Position numbers and translations under genes: made by a program
In this document: positions 1-7,031 of the stretch, piece by piece
Layout of the letters: each line of letters begins with the position of its first letter
How positions within the stretch are numbered: the stretch's first letter is position 1
Assembly (NCBI GenBank): GCA_049509455.1
Contig: JBEKZX010000020.1
Span: 1 to 24,067 of the forward strand
DNA length: 24,067 nucleotides
Reading direction: 5' to 3'
Source of the DNA: Conexivisphaerales archaeon
GTDB lineage: Archaea > Thermoproteota > Nitrososphaeria > Conexivisphaerales > DTJL01
Notes under the pieces: model-generated
The model's database searches: none
Seen by the model: the letters and a program-made list of their open reading frames with translations, nothing else
Told to the model about the DNA's origin: nothing

Positions 1-2
1 CC

Positions 3-455
3 AAGGTCGGGACCTACTCGTCTGACGAGCTGAAGAACAAGACGCTGGTGCTGGTGAAGCCAGACGCGTTCGCAAGGAAGCTCACGGGTGAAGTCATCAG
101 CAGGTTCGAGGCCAAGGGCTTCAACCTCCTCGAAGTCAGGAAGCTTCGAATGACGAAAGGGCAGGCCGAGGAATTCTACTCCGTCCACAAGGGGAAACCC
201 TTCTATGAGAAGCTTGTCTCCTCGATCTCGGCAGGGCCCATCGTAGCCCTCGTCCTGGAGATACCAACGTCGAGGGACACCAAAGGGAGGACCGCGGTCG
301 AGGTGGTCCGCTTGATGGTGGGCGCCACCAACCCTTCGGAAGCAGCCCCAGGGACTCTGCGCGGGGACCTCGGGATGGACATCACGGACAACGTCGTCCA
401 TGCGTCCGATTCCGTCGAGAGCTTCGTAAGGGAATCCGGGGTCATTTTCAAGTAG
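3..455 (+). CDS. ndk: Nucleoside diphosphate kinase (5' partial; frame is open from the window edge)
   Basis: TLVLVKPD N-terminal motif, GTLRGD loop and catalytic NVVHASDS His. The frame has no stop back to position 3, so the true start is not visible. Confidence 0.95.
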   Translation, partial: KVGTYSSDELKNKTLVLVKPDAFARKLTGEVISRFEAKGFNLLEVRKLRMTKGQAEEFYSVHKGKPFYEKLVSSISAGPIVALVLEIPTSRDTKGRTAVEVVRLMVGATNPSEAAPGTLRGDLGMDITDNVVHASDSVESFVRESGVIFK

Positions 456-518
456 TTTTCCCTCCTTCGTCGGGCACCAGTGGAGCTCCCAGCATCTCGA
501 AGCGCCGAGTTTTCGATG

Positions 519-532
519 GGAATAGGTTATAT
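519..532 (+). promoter_or_regulatory. Putative BRE/TATA box for aIF5B
   Basis: GGAATAGG-TTATAT (TATA at 527-532), about 40 nt upstream of the ATG at 572. Confidence 0.5.
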
Positions 533-571
533 CCTCCAATTCGGTCCCTTTCCTCTGGATGCTGGTCCGCC

Positions 572-2356
572 ATGGCTCCACTGATGCGTCAGCCCATAGT
601 AGTCGTCCTAGGCCACGTGGATGCCGGCAAGACGAGCCTGCTTGACCGCCTTAGGGGCACGGGCGTCCAGGCTCGCGAAGCGGGAGGAATCACACAGCAG
701 ATAGGCGCCAGCTTTTTCCCTCCGGACACCCTGTCTTCCATCTGCGGACCCCTCCTCAAGAGCCTCGGTGGAGGTGTCAAGATACCCGGCCTCCTGGTCA
801 TAGACACCCCCGGACACGAGGCATTCAGCAACCTCCGCATGAGGGGAGGCTCGGCCGCCGACATCGCAGTGCTCGTGGTGGACATTACGAAAGGACTGGA
901 ACCGCAGACGCTGGAGAGCATCGAGATCCTCAGGGCAAGAAAGGTCCCATTTGTCGTCGCACTTAACAAGATAGACCTACTGGCGGGTTGGAGATCGAAG
1001 CCCAACAGACTGGTTATCGCAGCCCAGAAAGAGCTGGAGCCGGCTACGGTAGAGCTGCTGGACCAGGGGATTTACAACGTCATCGGACAGCTTTCGAGGT
1101 TGGGTTTCACCAGCGAAGTCTACTACAGGGTCCAGAGCTTCACCAAAGAGGTCTCGATCGTGCCAGTTTCCGCTCACACAGGGGAAGGCACAGCGGAGCT
1201 GATGGCGGTCATCGTGGGGCTGACCCAGCAGTTCATGGGCGACCGTCTGAAAACGAGCCTCGGGCAACCTCGAGGCATCGTCCTCGAGGTGAAAGACGAG
1301 CCCGGCCTAGGCGAGACGGCCAACGTCATCCTCGTTGACGGCGTGCTGAGGGTGGGCTCGACGGTCGTCGTCGGCAAGAAGGAGGGAGCACAGGGAGTCA
1401 AGATTAGGGCCCTGCTGGAACCCAAACCTCTCGATGAAATGAGGGACCCCCGAGACCGGTTCACGCCCGTGCAGGAGGTCCATGCGGCCGCCGGCGTGAA
1501 GCTCTCCGCGCCGGACCTAGAAGGCGTGCTTGCCGGATCTCCCGTGGTCGGTGTGACGCCGGAGCAGGACCTAGAAGGGGCCAAAAGAATAGTCGATTCG
1601 GCCGTCAGGGAGGCCCTAGTACAGACGAACATGTTGGGCGTCATAGTCAAGGCGGACACTCTGGGGGCGCTCGAGGCTATGACCACCCTGCTGAGGAAGA
1701 AGGAAATCCCGGTCCGGATCGCCGACATAGGCCAGCTCAACAAGAGGGACGTCGTGCAGGCGGAATCGGTCCTAAACTCCGATAGATACCTGGGGGTTAT
1801 ACTAGCCTTCAACGTGAAGGTGCTAGAGGAGGCCGAGGAGGAGGCGAAAGAGAGGGGCGTAAGAGTGTTCGTCGGCGACGTCATTTACAACCTCATCGAT
1901 GAATATACGACGTGGGCTGCGACGGAGAAAGAGAACGAAAAGCGCGCCACGCTTTCGACGATGACCTCGCCGTGCAAATTCCGCCTTCTAAGGGGCCTGG
2001 TCTTCCGCAGGAGCGGCCCGGCCGTCTTCGGCGTTGAAGTGGCGGAAGGGACGCTCCGCAGCAAGGTTAAAGTCATGAACGCTTCCGGCGAAGAGGTAGG
2101 AATCGTGCAACAGCTGCAGAACGAAGGGACCGAAGTCGAGATGGCCAGGAAGGGGGAGCAGGTGGCCATCTCTGTGAAAGGGCCCGTTATCGGCCGCCAA
2201 GTCAAAGAGGAGGAAGTCCTGTACTCGCTGCCCTCTAGCGACGATGCAAGGCTCTACAAGACGAAGTTCGCCGACCGCCTGTCGCCGGAGGAGCTGAAGC
2301 TGCTAGATAACATCATATCGTTGAGAAGGAAGGTCCAGTACATGTACGCGTTCTAA
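572..2356 (+). CDS. infB: Translation initiation factor aIF5B (IF-2 family)
   Basis: RQPIVVVLGHVDAGKT P-loop, GGITQQIGA, DTPGHEAF and NKID motifs. 594 aa in the canonical position after ndk. Confidence 0.98.
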   Translation: MAPLMRQPIVVVLGHVDAGKTSLLDRLRGTGVQAREAGGITQQIGASFFPPDTLSSICGPLLKSLGGGVKIPGLLVIDTPGHEAFSNLRMRGGSAADIAVLVVDITKGLEPQTLESIEILRARKVPFVVALNKIDLLAGWRSKPNRLVIAAQKELEPATVELLDQGIYNVIGQLSRLGFTSEVYYRVQSFTKEVSIVPVSAHTGEGTAELMAVIVGLTQQFMGDRLKTSLGQPRGIVLEVKDEPGLGETANVILVDGVLRVGSTVVVGKKEGAQGVKIRALLEPKPLDEMRDPRDRFTPVQEVHAAAGVKLSAPDLEGVLAGSPVVGVTPEQDLEGAKRIVDSAVREALVQTNMLGVIVKADTLGALEAMTTLLRKKEIPVRIADIGQLNKRDVVQAESVLNSDRYLGVILAFNVKVLEEAEEEAKERGVRVFVGDVIYNLIDEYTTWAATEKENEKRATLSTMTSPCKFRLLRGLVFRRSGPAVFGVEVAEGTLRSKVKVMNASGEEVGIVQQLQNEGTEVEMARKGEQVAISVKGPVIGRQVKEEEVLYSLPSSDDARLYKTKFADRLSPEELKLLDNIISLRRKVQYMYAF

Positions 2357-2358
2357 CT

Positions 2359-2373
2359 GAAAAGCTATATAAG
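2359..2373 (+). promoter_or_regulatory. BRE + TATA box for rpS6e
   Basis: GAAAAGC-TATATAAG, a close match to the archaeal consensus, directly after the infB stop. Confidence 0.75.
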
Positions 2374-2408
2374 ATTCGTAACGGAGGCTCTTGGGAGAGG
2401 AACGGAAG

Positions 2409-2822
2409 ATGCCCACGTTTCAGGTCGTCCTGTCGGAGCCGAAGACAAGGAAGGCCTTAAAGCTGGAGCTCAAGGATCCGAAGTCCTCCTTCATGATCGG
2501 CCTGAAGCTCGGCCAGGTCGTGGACGCCAACCAGATCGGCATAAAGGGCAAAATCAAGATCACCGGAGGAAGCGACAGGGCGGGGTTCCCCATGCGAGCC
2601 GGCATACAGGGGACCGGGAAGAAGTACGTGAACCTGGCGGACGGGCCAGGATTCAAGTCGACATCGTCGGGCCTGAGGAAGAGGAAGCTTATCAGAGGAG
2701 AGACCATCTCCGACGACATCTATCAGATTAACGCGGTGCTCACTGAAGGCGAGATGCCCGAGGTTCCCGCAGAGGCAAAGGCGGAGGGCGACGCTTCAGC
2801 CAAAGCCGGAAACAAGGCGTAG
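2409..2822 (+). CDS. rps6e: 30S ribosomal protein S6e
   Basis: KITGGSDRAGFPMR and RKRKLIRGETIS motifs; canonical position between infB and aIF2-gamma. ATG 2409 preferred over TTG 2391. Confidence 0.95.
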   Translation: MPTFQVVLSEPKTRKALKLELKDPKSSFMIGLKLGQVVDANQIGIKGKIKITGGSDRAGFPMRAGIQGTGKKYVNLADGPGFKSTSSGLRKRKLIRGETISDDIYQINAVLTEGEMPEVPAEAKAEGDASAKAGNKA

Positions 2823-2875
2823 GCTCCTTCATACTGAACCTTTATCAATGCACCTTCGGGATACCCTAACCATAC

Positions 2876-4114
2876 ATGTCTAGCGGCATCAGCAAGCCCA
2901 TCCCCAAGCAGCCAGAGGTTAACATAGGCACGAGTGGCCACGTTGACCATGGGAAGACAACCCTCGTAGAAGCGCTAACCGGGAAGTGGACGAGCGCCCA
3001 CAGCGAAGAGCTGCGCAGGGGCATCACCATACGCGTGGGATACGCCGATGCGGCTATCTACCGCTGCGAAGGGGTCGCCGCGCCTGGATGCTATAACACC
3101 TTGGGGGAATGCATCGGAACGGAAGCCCAGCTCCTCAGGGTAGTCTCCTTCGTTGACAGCCCGGGGCACGAAAGCCTGATGGCCAACATGCTCAGCGGGG
3201 CCGCCATAATGGACGGCGCCATCATCGTGATCGCCGCCAACGAGCCGGTGCCGCAGCCCCAGACCAAGGAACACGTGCAAGCACTGAAGATGATCGGCGT
3301 CGACAAGGTCGTCGTCGCCCAGAACAAGGTGGATCTGGTAGCATACGAGGCGGCGCTCGAGAATGAGGCGAAGATTAGGGCCTTCTTGGAGTCCATCGGC
3401 TACGGCAACGCGCCGCTAATCCCCATCTCAGCCCAGAGGCATCTGAACATCGACGCCCTCCTGGAGGCCATCGAGACGACGATACCTACTCCTCAGCGGG
3501 ACGTCCAGGCCAAGCCCTTCATGTACGTGCTTCGTTCGTTCGACGTCAACAAGCCCGGGACCTCCATCGAGAAGATCAAGGGAGGCGTCGTCGGCGGAAG
3601 CCTCACACAGGGTTCCCTTAAGGTCGGCGAAGAAGTCGAGATAAAGCCGGGCCTGTACGACCATATCAAGACGAAGTACGTACCGGTCGTGACCAAGATC
3701 GTGAGCCTGAGCACGAGCGCGGGGCTTGTCGACTCCGTGAAACCGGGTGGGCTCGTGGCCGTGGGGACGACCCTAGATCCATTCTACGCTAAGAGCGACG
3801 CGCTGGTGGGCAGCGTCGCGGGGAGCCCCGGGAGCCTTCCCGAGGAGATTAGCGAGCTGGTAATGAAAGCGAGCCTCTTCGATACCGTCGTTGGGGTGAA
3901 CGAAGCAATCAAGGTGGACCCCATCAAGATGAACGAAATCCTGAGGCTCAACGTCGGGACTGCGACCACGGCCGGCAGCGTCGTGCAGATGAAGGGCGGA
4001 AACACATACGTCAAGCTGAGGAAGCCCGTTTGCCCGGTGCCGGGAGCTAGGGTGGCTATAAGTAGAAGGATTGGCGACCGTTGGCGCCTCATCGGTTCGG
4101 CCATCCTGGTGTAG
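2876..4114 (+). CDS. eif2g: Translation initiation factor aIF2 gamma subunit
   Basis: QPEVNIGTSGHVDHGKT, EELRRGITIRVGYA, DSPGHE, QTKEH, NKVD, RSFDVNKPG and RWRLIG motifs. Confidence 0.98.
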   Translation: MSSGISKPIPKQPEVNIGTSGHVDHGKTTLVEALTGKWTSAHSEELRRGITIRVGYADAAIYRCEGVAAPGCYNTLGECIGTEAQLLRVVSFVDSPGHESLMANMLSGAAIMDGAIIVIAANEPVPQPQTKEHVQALKMIGVDKVVVAQNKVDLVAYEAALENEAKIRAFLESIGYGNAPLIPISAQRHLNIDALLEAIETTIPTPQRDVQAKPFMYVLRSFDVNKPGTSIEKIKGGVVGGSLTQGSLKVGEEVEIKPGLYDHIKTKYVPVVTKIVSLSTSAGLVDSVKPGGLVAVGTTLDPFYAKSDALVGSVAGSPGSLPEEISELVMKASLFDTVVGVNEAIKVDPIKMNEILRLNVGTATTAGSVVQMKGGNTYVKLRKPVCPVPGARVAISRRIGDRWRLIGSAILV

Positions 4115-4117
4115 CCC

Positions 4118-4489
4118 TTGCTCGTCCTGCTGGACACGAGCATACTCATTTTCTTGGCTGAGAAGCCCTCCTCTTTTCTAGACGATTTGGGAGCGTGCCT
4201 GGGGAAGGCGGATCTTTGCGTCCCTGACTCCGTCCTAGGAGAGCTTACGAGCTTAAGCCAGTCACGGGGACCGAAGGGAAGGAAGGCCAAGCTCGCCCTG
4301 TCCTACGCGGCTCGACTTACTTCCGTTGAGCAAGGAGGGGAGGCTGATGACGCACTGGTGATCCTCGCCCAGGAGAAGAGGGCGGTAGTGGCGACCCTAG
4401 ACGGAAAGCTGACGTCTTCGCTTAGGAGGAGAGGTGTGCCTGTGGCTACGGTGAAGAGCGACCGCCTCCTGCTTCTGGGGATTAGGTAG
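4118..4489 (+). CDS. PIN-domain nuclease (Fcf1/Utp24-like)
   Basis: LLDTS, VLGEL, ADDAL and VATLD acidic PIN motifs. TTG start; canonical position after aIF2-gamma. Confidence 0.85.
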   Translation: MLVLLDTSILIFLAEKPSSFLDDLGACLGKADLCVPDSVLGELTSLSQSRGPKGRKAKLALSYAARLTSVEQGGEADDALVILAQEKRAVVATLDGKLTSSLRRRGVPVATVKSDRLLLLGIR

Positions 4490-4553
4490 GCGGACCTCGC
4501 GTCACGACCGAGATGGCGAGGAGTTCAGGGCACACAGGGCCGTGTGACATACT

Positions 4554-4566
4554 GAAAACTTTAAAA
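4554..4566 (+). promoter_or_regulatory. BRE + TATA box for the rpoE1-spt4-DUF359 unit
   Basis: GAAAAC-TTTAAAA upstream of the TTG at 4628. Confidence 0.7.
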
Positions 4567-4627
4567 TACGTGCGCCTGAGACCTCTTCGTGGAGCAGGGC
4601 CGTCAGGTCTTTGTGAGAGGGTAAGGC

Positions 4628-5218
4628 TTGTTTCAGTTAGTCAAGCTGAGGGACGTGATAAGGGTTCCTCCTGACAAGTTCAGGGAGCCACTGAAGGAGG
4701 TGGCCCAGTCGGTGCTTAAGATGAGATATGAGAGCACTCTGACGCCTGAGCACGGCTATATAATCCTGGTCACGGGTGTCCAAGTCGAGCCCGTCGGCAA
4801 GATGGTACACGGAGACGGCGGCATCTACCACCACGTTGAATTCAGCGTCTTGGCCTACGAACCGAGGCTGCAAGAGATAGTCGAAGGGGAGGTCGTCGAG
4901 ATAACCGAGTTCGGCGCGTTCGTGAGAATCGGACCCGCCGATGCGCTCCTCCACGTCTCGCAAATCATGGACGATTATATTTCATCCGACCTCAAGCAAG
5001 GGATAATCTTAGGGAGCAGCACCAACAGGAGGCTCAAGGTGGGCTCTAAGGTGCGTGTGAGGATCACAGCCGTGAGCCTCAGCCGCGGCATCAGCCTCGG
5101 GAAGATAGGGGTCACGTGCCGGCAACCCTTCCTGGGAGCCCTTGAATGGATCGAAGAGGACTTAGCCAAGGCCGCACCCAGGCCGGCCCGTGAGCCCAAG
5201 GTAACGGGCGGTAAGTAG
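4628..5218 (+). CDS. rpoE1: DNA-directed RNA polymerase subunit E' (Rpo7)
   Basis: VIRVPPDKF, GDGGIY, S1 domain EFGAFVRIGPADALLHVSQIMDD and KIGVTCRQPFLG motifs. Confidence 0.97.
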   Translation: MFQLVKLRDVIRVPPDKFREPLKEVAQSVLKMRYESTLTPEHGYIILVTGVQVEPVGKMVHGDGGIYHHVEFSVLAYEPRLQEIVEGEVVEITEFGAFVRIGPADALLHVSQIMDDYISSDLKQGIILGSSTNRRLKVGSKVRVRITAVSLSRGISLGKIGVTCRQPFLGALEWIEEDLAKAAPRPAREPKVTGGK

Positions 5219-5220
5219 AG

Positions 5221-5409
5221 ATGGCCAAGGAGCTGGCATGCCGTAAGTGCATGTTCATCACTCAGGGGAAGGTCTGTCCAGCCTGCGGCTCCGTAGACCT
5301 CACAGAGAACTGGAAGGGCCTGGTTGTCATCTTCAACGTCGAGAAGTCCGAGGTCGCCAAGACCTTGGGCGTGTCCAAGCCAGGGAAGTATGCCCTCCAG
5401 GCGAGCTAG
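5221..5409 (+). CDS. spt4: Transcription elongation factor Spt4 (RpoE'')
   Basis: ACRKC...CPAC zinc ribbon, WKGLVVI and PGKYAL; 62 aa directly after rpoE1. Confidence 0.96.
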   Translation: MAKELACRKCMFITQGKVCPACGSVDLTENWKGLVVIFNVEKSEVAKTLGVSKPGKYALQAS

Positions 5410-5414
5410 GTGCC

Positions 5415-5930
5415 TTGCCATATTACAGCCTCGGAATCTACTTGCGGGAAGAGTTCAGCCGACCGCTGGGAGCGGTCATAAGGAACGACAGAATCGAATC
5501 CTATCTCAAGAGCGTCGAGATAAAGGACGCCTCTCTAATCACTGTGGGCGACAGGACCACCGAGTACTTCGTGTCGCACGGCCACCGCCCCAAGCTACAA
5601 ATCGTCGACGCCATGGAGAAGAGGGCGAAGCGTCCGGCTCCGATGGGAGGTTTCGACCACCAGACCAGCGTGAGGAACCCGGCGGGGGGCATAGCGTCTG
5701 AAGCGGCCGACATCATTCGCGCTGAGCTCCACCGCGAAGGTGCCGCTAGGTTGCTCGTCGACGGGGAGGAGGACCTTCTGGTGCTCCCTGCGGTCTTCTA
5801 CGCCAAGGAGGGCACCGACATCTTCTACGGGCAGCCCAACGAAGGTTTGGTGCACCTGAGGGTCACGCCTCAGTTGAAGAAGCTGGCTGCAGACATGCTC
5901 GGCCGCATCGGGTTCATGGCATCAGTATAG
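5415..5930 (+). CDS. DUF359 family GTP-dependent dephospho-CoA kinase
   Basis: LREEFSRPLG, TVGD, VRNPAGGI, VDGEEDL and YGQPNEG motifs. TTG 5415 inferred as start; the upstream part of the 227-aa ORF overlaps spt4. Confidence 0.88.
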   Translation: MPYYSLGIYLREEFSRPLGAVIRNDRIESYLKSVEIKDASLITVGDRTTEYFVSHGHRPKLQIVDAMEKRAKRPAPMGGFDHQTSVRNPAGGIASEAADIIRAELHREGAARLLVDGEEDLLVLPAVFYAKEGTDIFYGQPNEGLVHLRVTPQLKKLAADMLGRIGFMASV

Positions 5931-5986
5931 CGGTCTTCCCTGGCGCTTCGAAGCATATCCCACTAGGCTCTGACCGGCCATCCTTT

Positions 5987-6360
5987 GGGCTCGCCGAGGA
6001 CTCGTAGGTTTCATCGCGGCTCGGAGTGGTTGACATAGAATTGCCCTAGGCAGTCTTTCAGGGTTTGCAGCTCTACGGCTGCATGCACCGTGTCCTAGGC
6101 TACCTGGCCCAGCACGGCCTTTGATGACGCTATCTGGGCCACGTCTGGCGTTTTGGTTGCGTTGGTTCGGACAACTGCCTTCTTTCTCAACCATCGGCCT
6201 TCGACTTGAACCAATAGGCATTCGTCAAATTCTCTCCTGATCTTGGGTAAAGGGCACAGAAGCCGACGAGTCGCCCCAGCCTTCCCGGACCTGGCTGGGT
6301 GCCCCTCGCTAGAGTGAAGCGATCTGGGGCTCTGCATCCCTAGGGACCTTGCGTCAGCCC
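5987..6360 (-). ncRNA. Putative large structured non-coding RNA of unknown class (may extend to about 5967-6375)
   Basis: No credible protein in the ~490 nt gap. Ends pair (GGGCU 6360-6356 with AGCCC 5991-5987). Long-range helices include GACUCGU 6272-6266 with ACGAGUC 6005-5999, CGGCUU/GAGCCG, GGAG/CUCC, UUGAC/GUCAA and GAAU/AUUC. GC-rich hairpins lie at 6301-6330 and 6275-6299, and a pseudoknot at 6087-6141. Several non-Watson-Crick positions are G-U only on the minus strand. Confidence 0.6.
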
Positions 6361-6390
6361 GTTCTCGACCAGAGCTTCCCACCATAAGCT

Positions 6391-6398
6391 TCTTAAAT
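6391..6398. promoter_or_regulatory. TATA element usable in both directions (rpS24e on +, putative ncRNA on -)
   Basis: The + strand TTAAAT at 6393-6398 is about 27 nt before ATG 6420 (leaderless spacing). The - strand TTTAAG at 6397-6392 predicts a start near 6368. Confidence 0.5.
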
Positions 6399-6419
6399 GC
6401 TAACGCTGGTAGGCGTTGG

Positions 6420-6776
6420 ATGACTATGTCCCTGCAGCGCACGAAACTGTTCGAAAACACGCTGCTCGGCCGGAAGGAGGCGACCTACCTCTTCAAGGAA
6501 TCGGCCGGGATGCTATCTAGACCCCAGGCCATCAAAATGGTGGCGACAGATTTGGGCGTCAAGGAGGAGAGCGTCATGACGATAGCCATCAGGGGCAAGC
6601 ACGGAACCCGCGACGTGGTCGGGACCTTCTACATCTTCGAAGACATGAAGGCCGCTAGGGACCAATTGCCTAAGTACTACTTCTTGAGGAGTATGCCTAA
6701 GGACGAGAGGAAGAAGTACTTCGAGGAACTCAGAAAGAGCAAGGCGAAGAAGGTGGCGCCTGCGCAGAAGAAGTGA
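6420..6776 (+). CDS. rps24e: 30S ribosomal protein S24e
   Basis: ENTLLGRKE motif and position immediately before rpS27ae; Lys-rich C-terminal tail. Start is ATG 6420 or 6426. Confidence 0.85.
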   Translation: MTMSLQRTKLFENTLLGRKEATYLFKESAGMLSRPQAIKMVATDLGVKEESVMTIAIRGKHGTRDVVGTFYIFEDMKAARDQLPKYYFLRSMPKDERKKYFEELRKSKAKKVAPAQKK

Positions 6777-6794
6777 ATGGAAGGGAATTGAGTT

Positions 6795-7031
6795 TTGAGC
6801 ACTGAAGTAGCACCGCCGGTGGAGGAGAAGAAGCCGAAGGCCGTCCGGAAGCCTAAGAAGCCAAAGGTCAGCCCCTCTGTTTACAAGTTCTACACGGTCA
6901 GCGGTTCGGTTCTGTCCAAGACGAAGCGTGAGTGCCCGAGATGCGGCAGGGGTACTTTCATGGCCCAGCACAAGGACAGGTACTACTGCGGCAAGTGCGG
7001 ATTCACCGAGTGGTTCGAAAGGAAGCGCTAG
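6795..7031 (+). CDS. rps27ae: 30S ribosomal protein S27ae
   Basis: CPRCGRGTFMAQHKDRYYCGKCG zinc finger. TTG start with a Lys/Pro-rich N-terminal extension. Confidence 0.96.
   Translation: MSTEVAPPVEEKKPKAVRKPKKPKVSPSVYKFYTVSGSVLSKTKRECPRCGRGTFMAQHKDRYYCGKCGFTEWFERKR

Noticed and set aside
5247-5414. N-terminal part of the 227-aa ORF
   Set aside because: Alternative frame over spt4; DUF359-like sequence begins at about 5415.
5999-6062. Group I intron core (CUGAAAGACUG and GAGUCC resemble R/S elements)
   Set aside because: P7 would be only 4 bp, no P/Q elements were found, and there is no interrupted host gene.
6275-6299. SRP RNA helix 8 (CCAGGUCCGGGAAGG on -)
   Set aside because: Lacks the AGCA(G) half of the SRP54-binding loop and the GNRA-capped geometry; it folds as a simple 7-bp hairpin near the 5' end.
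5987-6360. Canonical tmRNA (5' GGGCUGA start, tag-like frame)
   Set aside because: No T-arm (GGUUCRA) and no CCA-type 3' end; only the overall topology is reminiscent.
5967-6375. MITE or bulge-helix-bulge-flanked element
   Set aside because: The terminal inverted match is imperfect at DNA level with no target-site duplication. The candidate bulges are 4 nt, not a canonical 3-4-3 BHB.
5987-6380. RNase P RNA (ACAGAAGCCG at 6256-6265 on +; GGGAAGCUC, UGAAAC and GAAUG fragments on -)
   Set aside because: No GAGGAAAGUCC-like element able to form P4 with a 3' GGCU, and the fragments are on different strands or in the wrong order. A covariance search is still needed to exclude a very divergent form.
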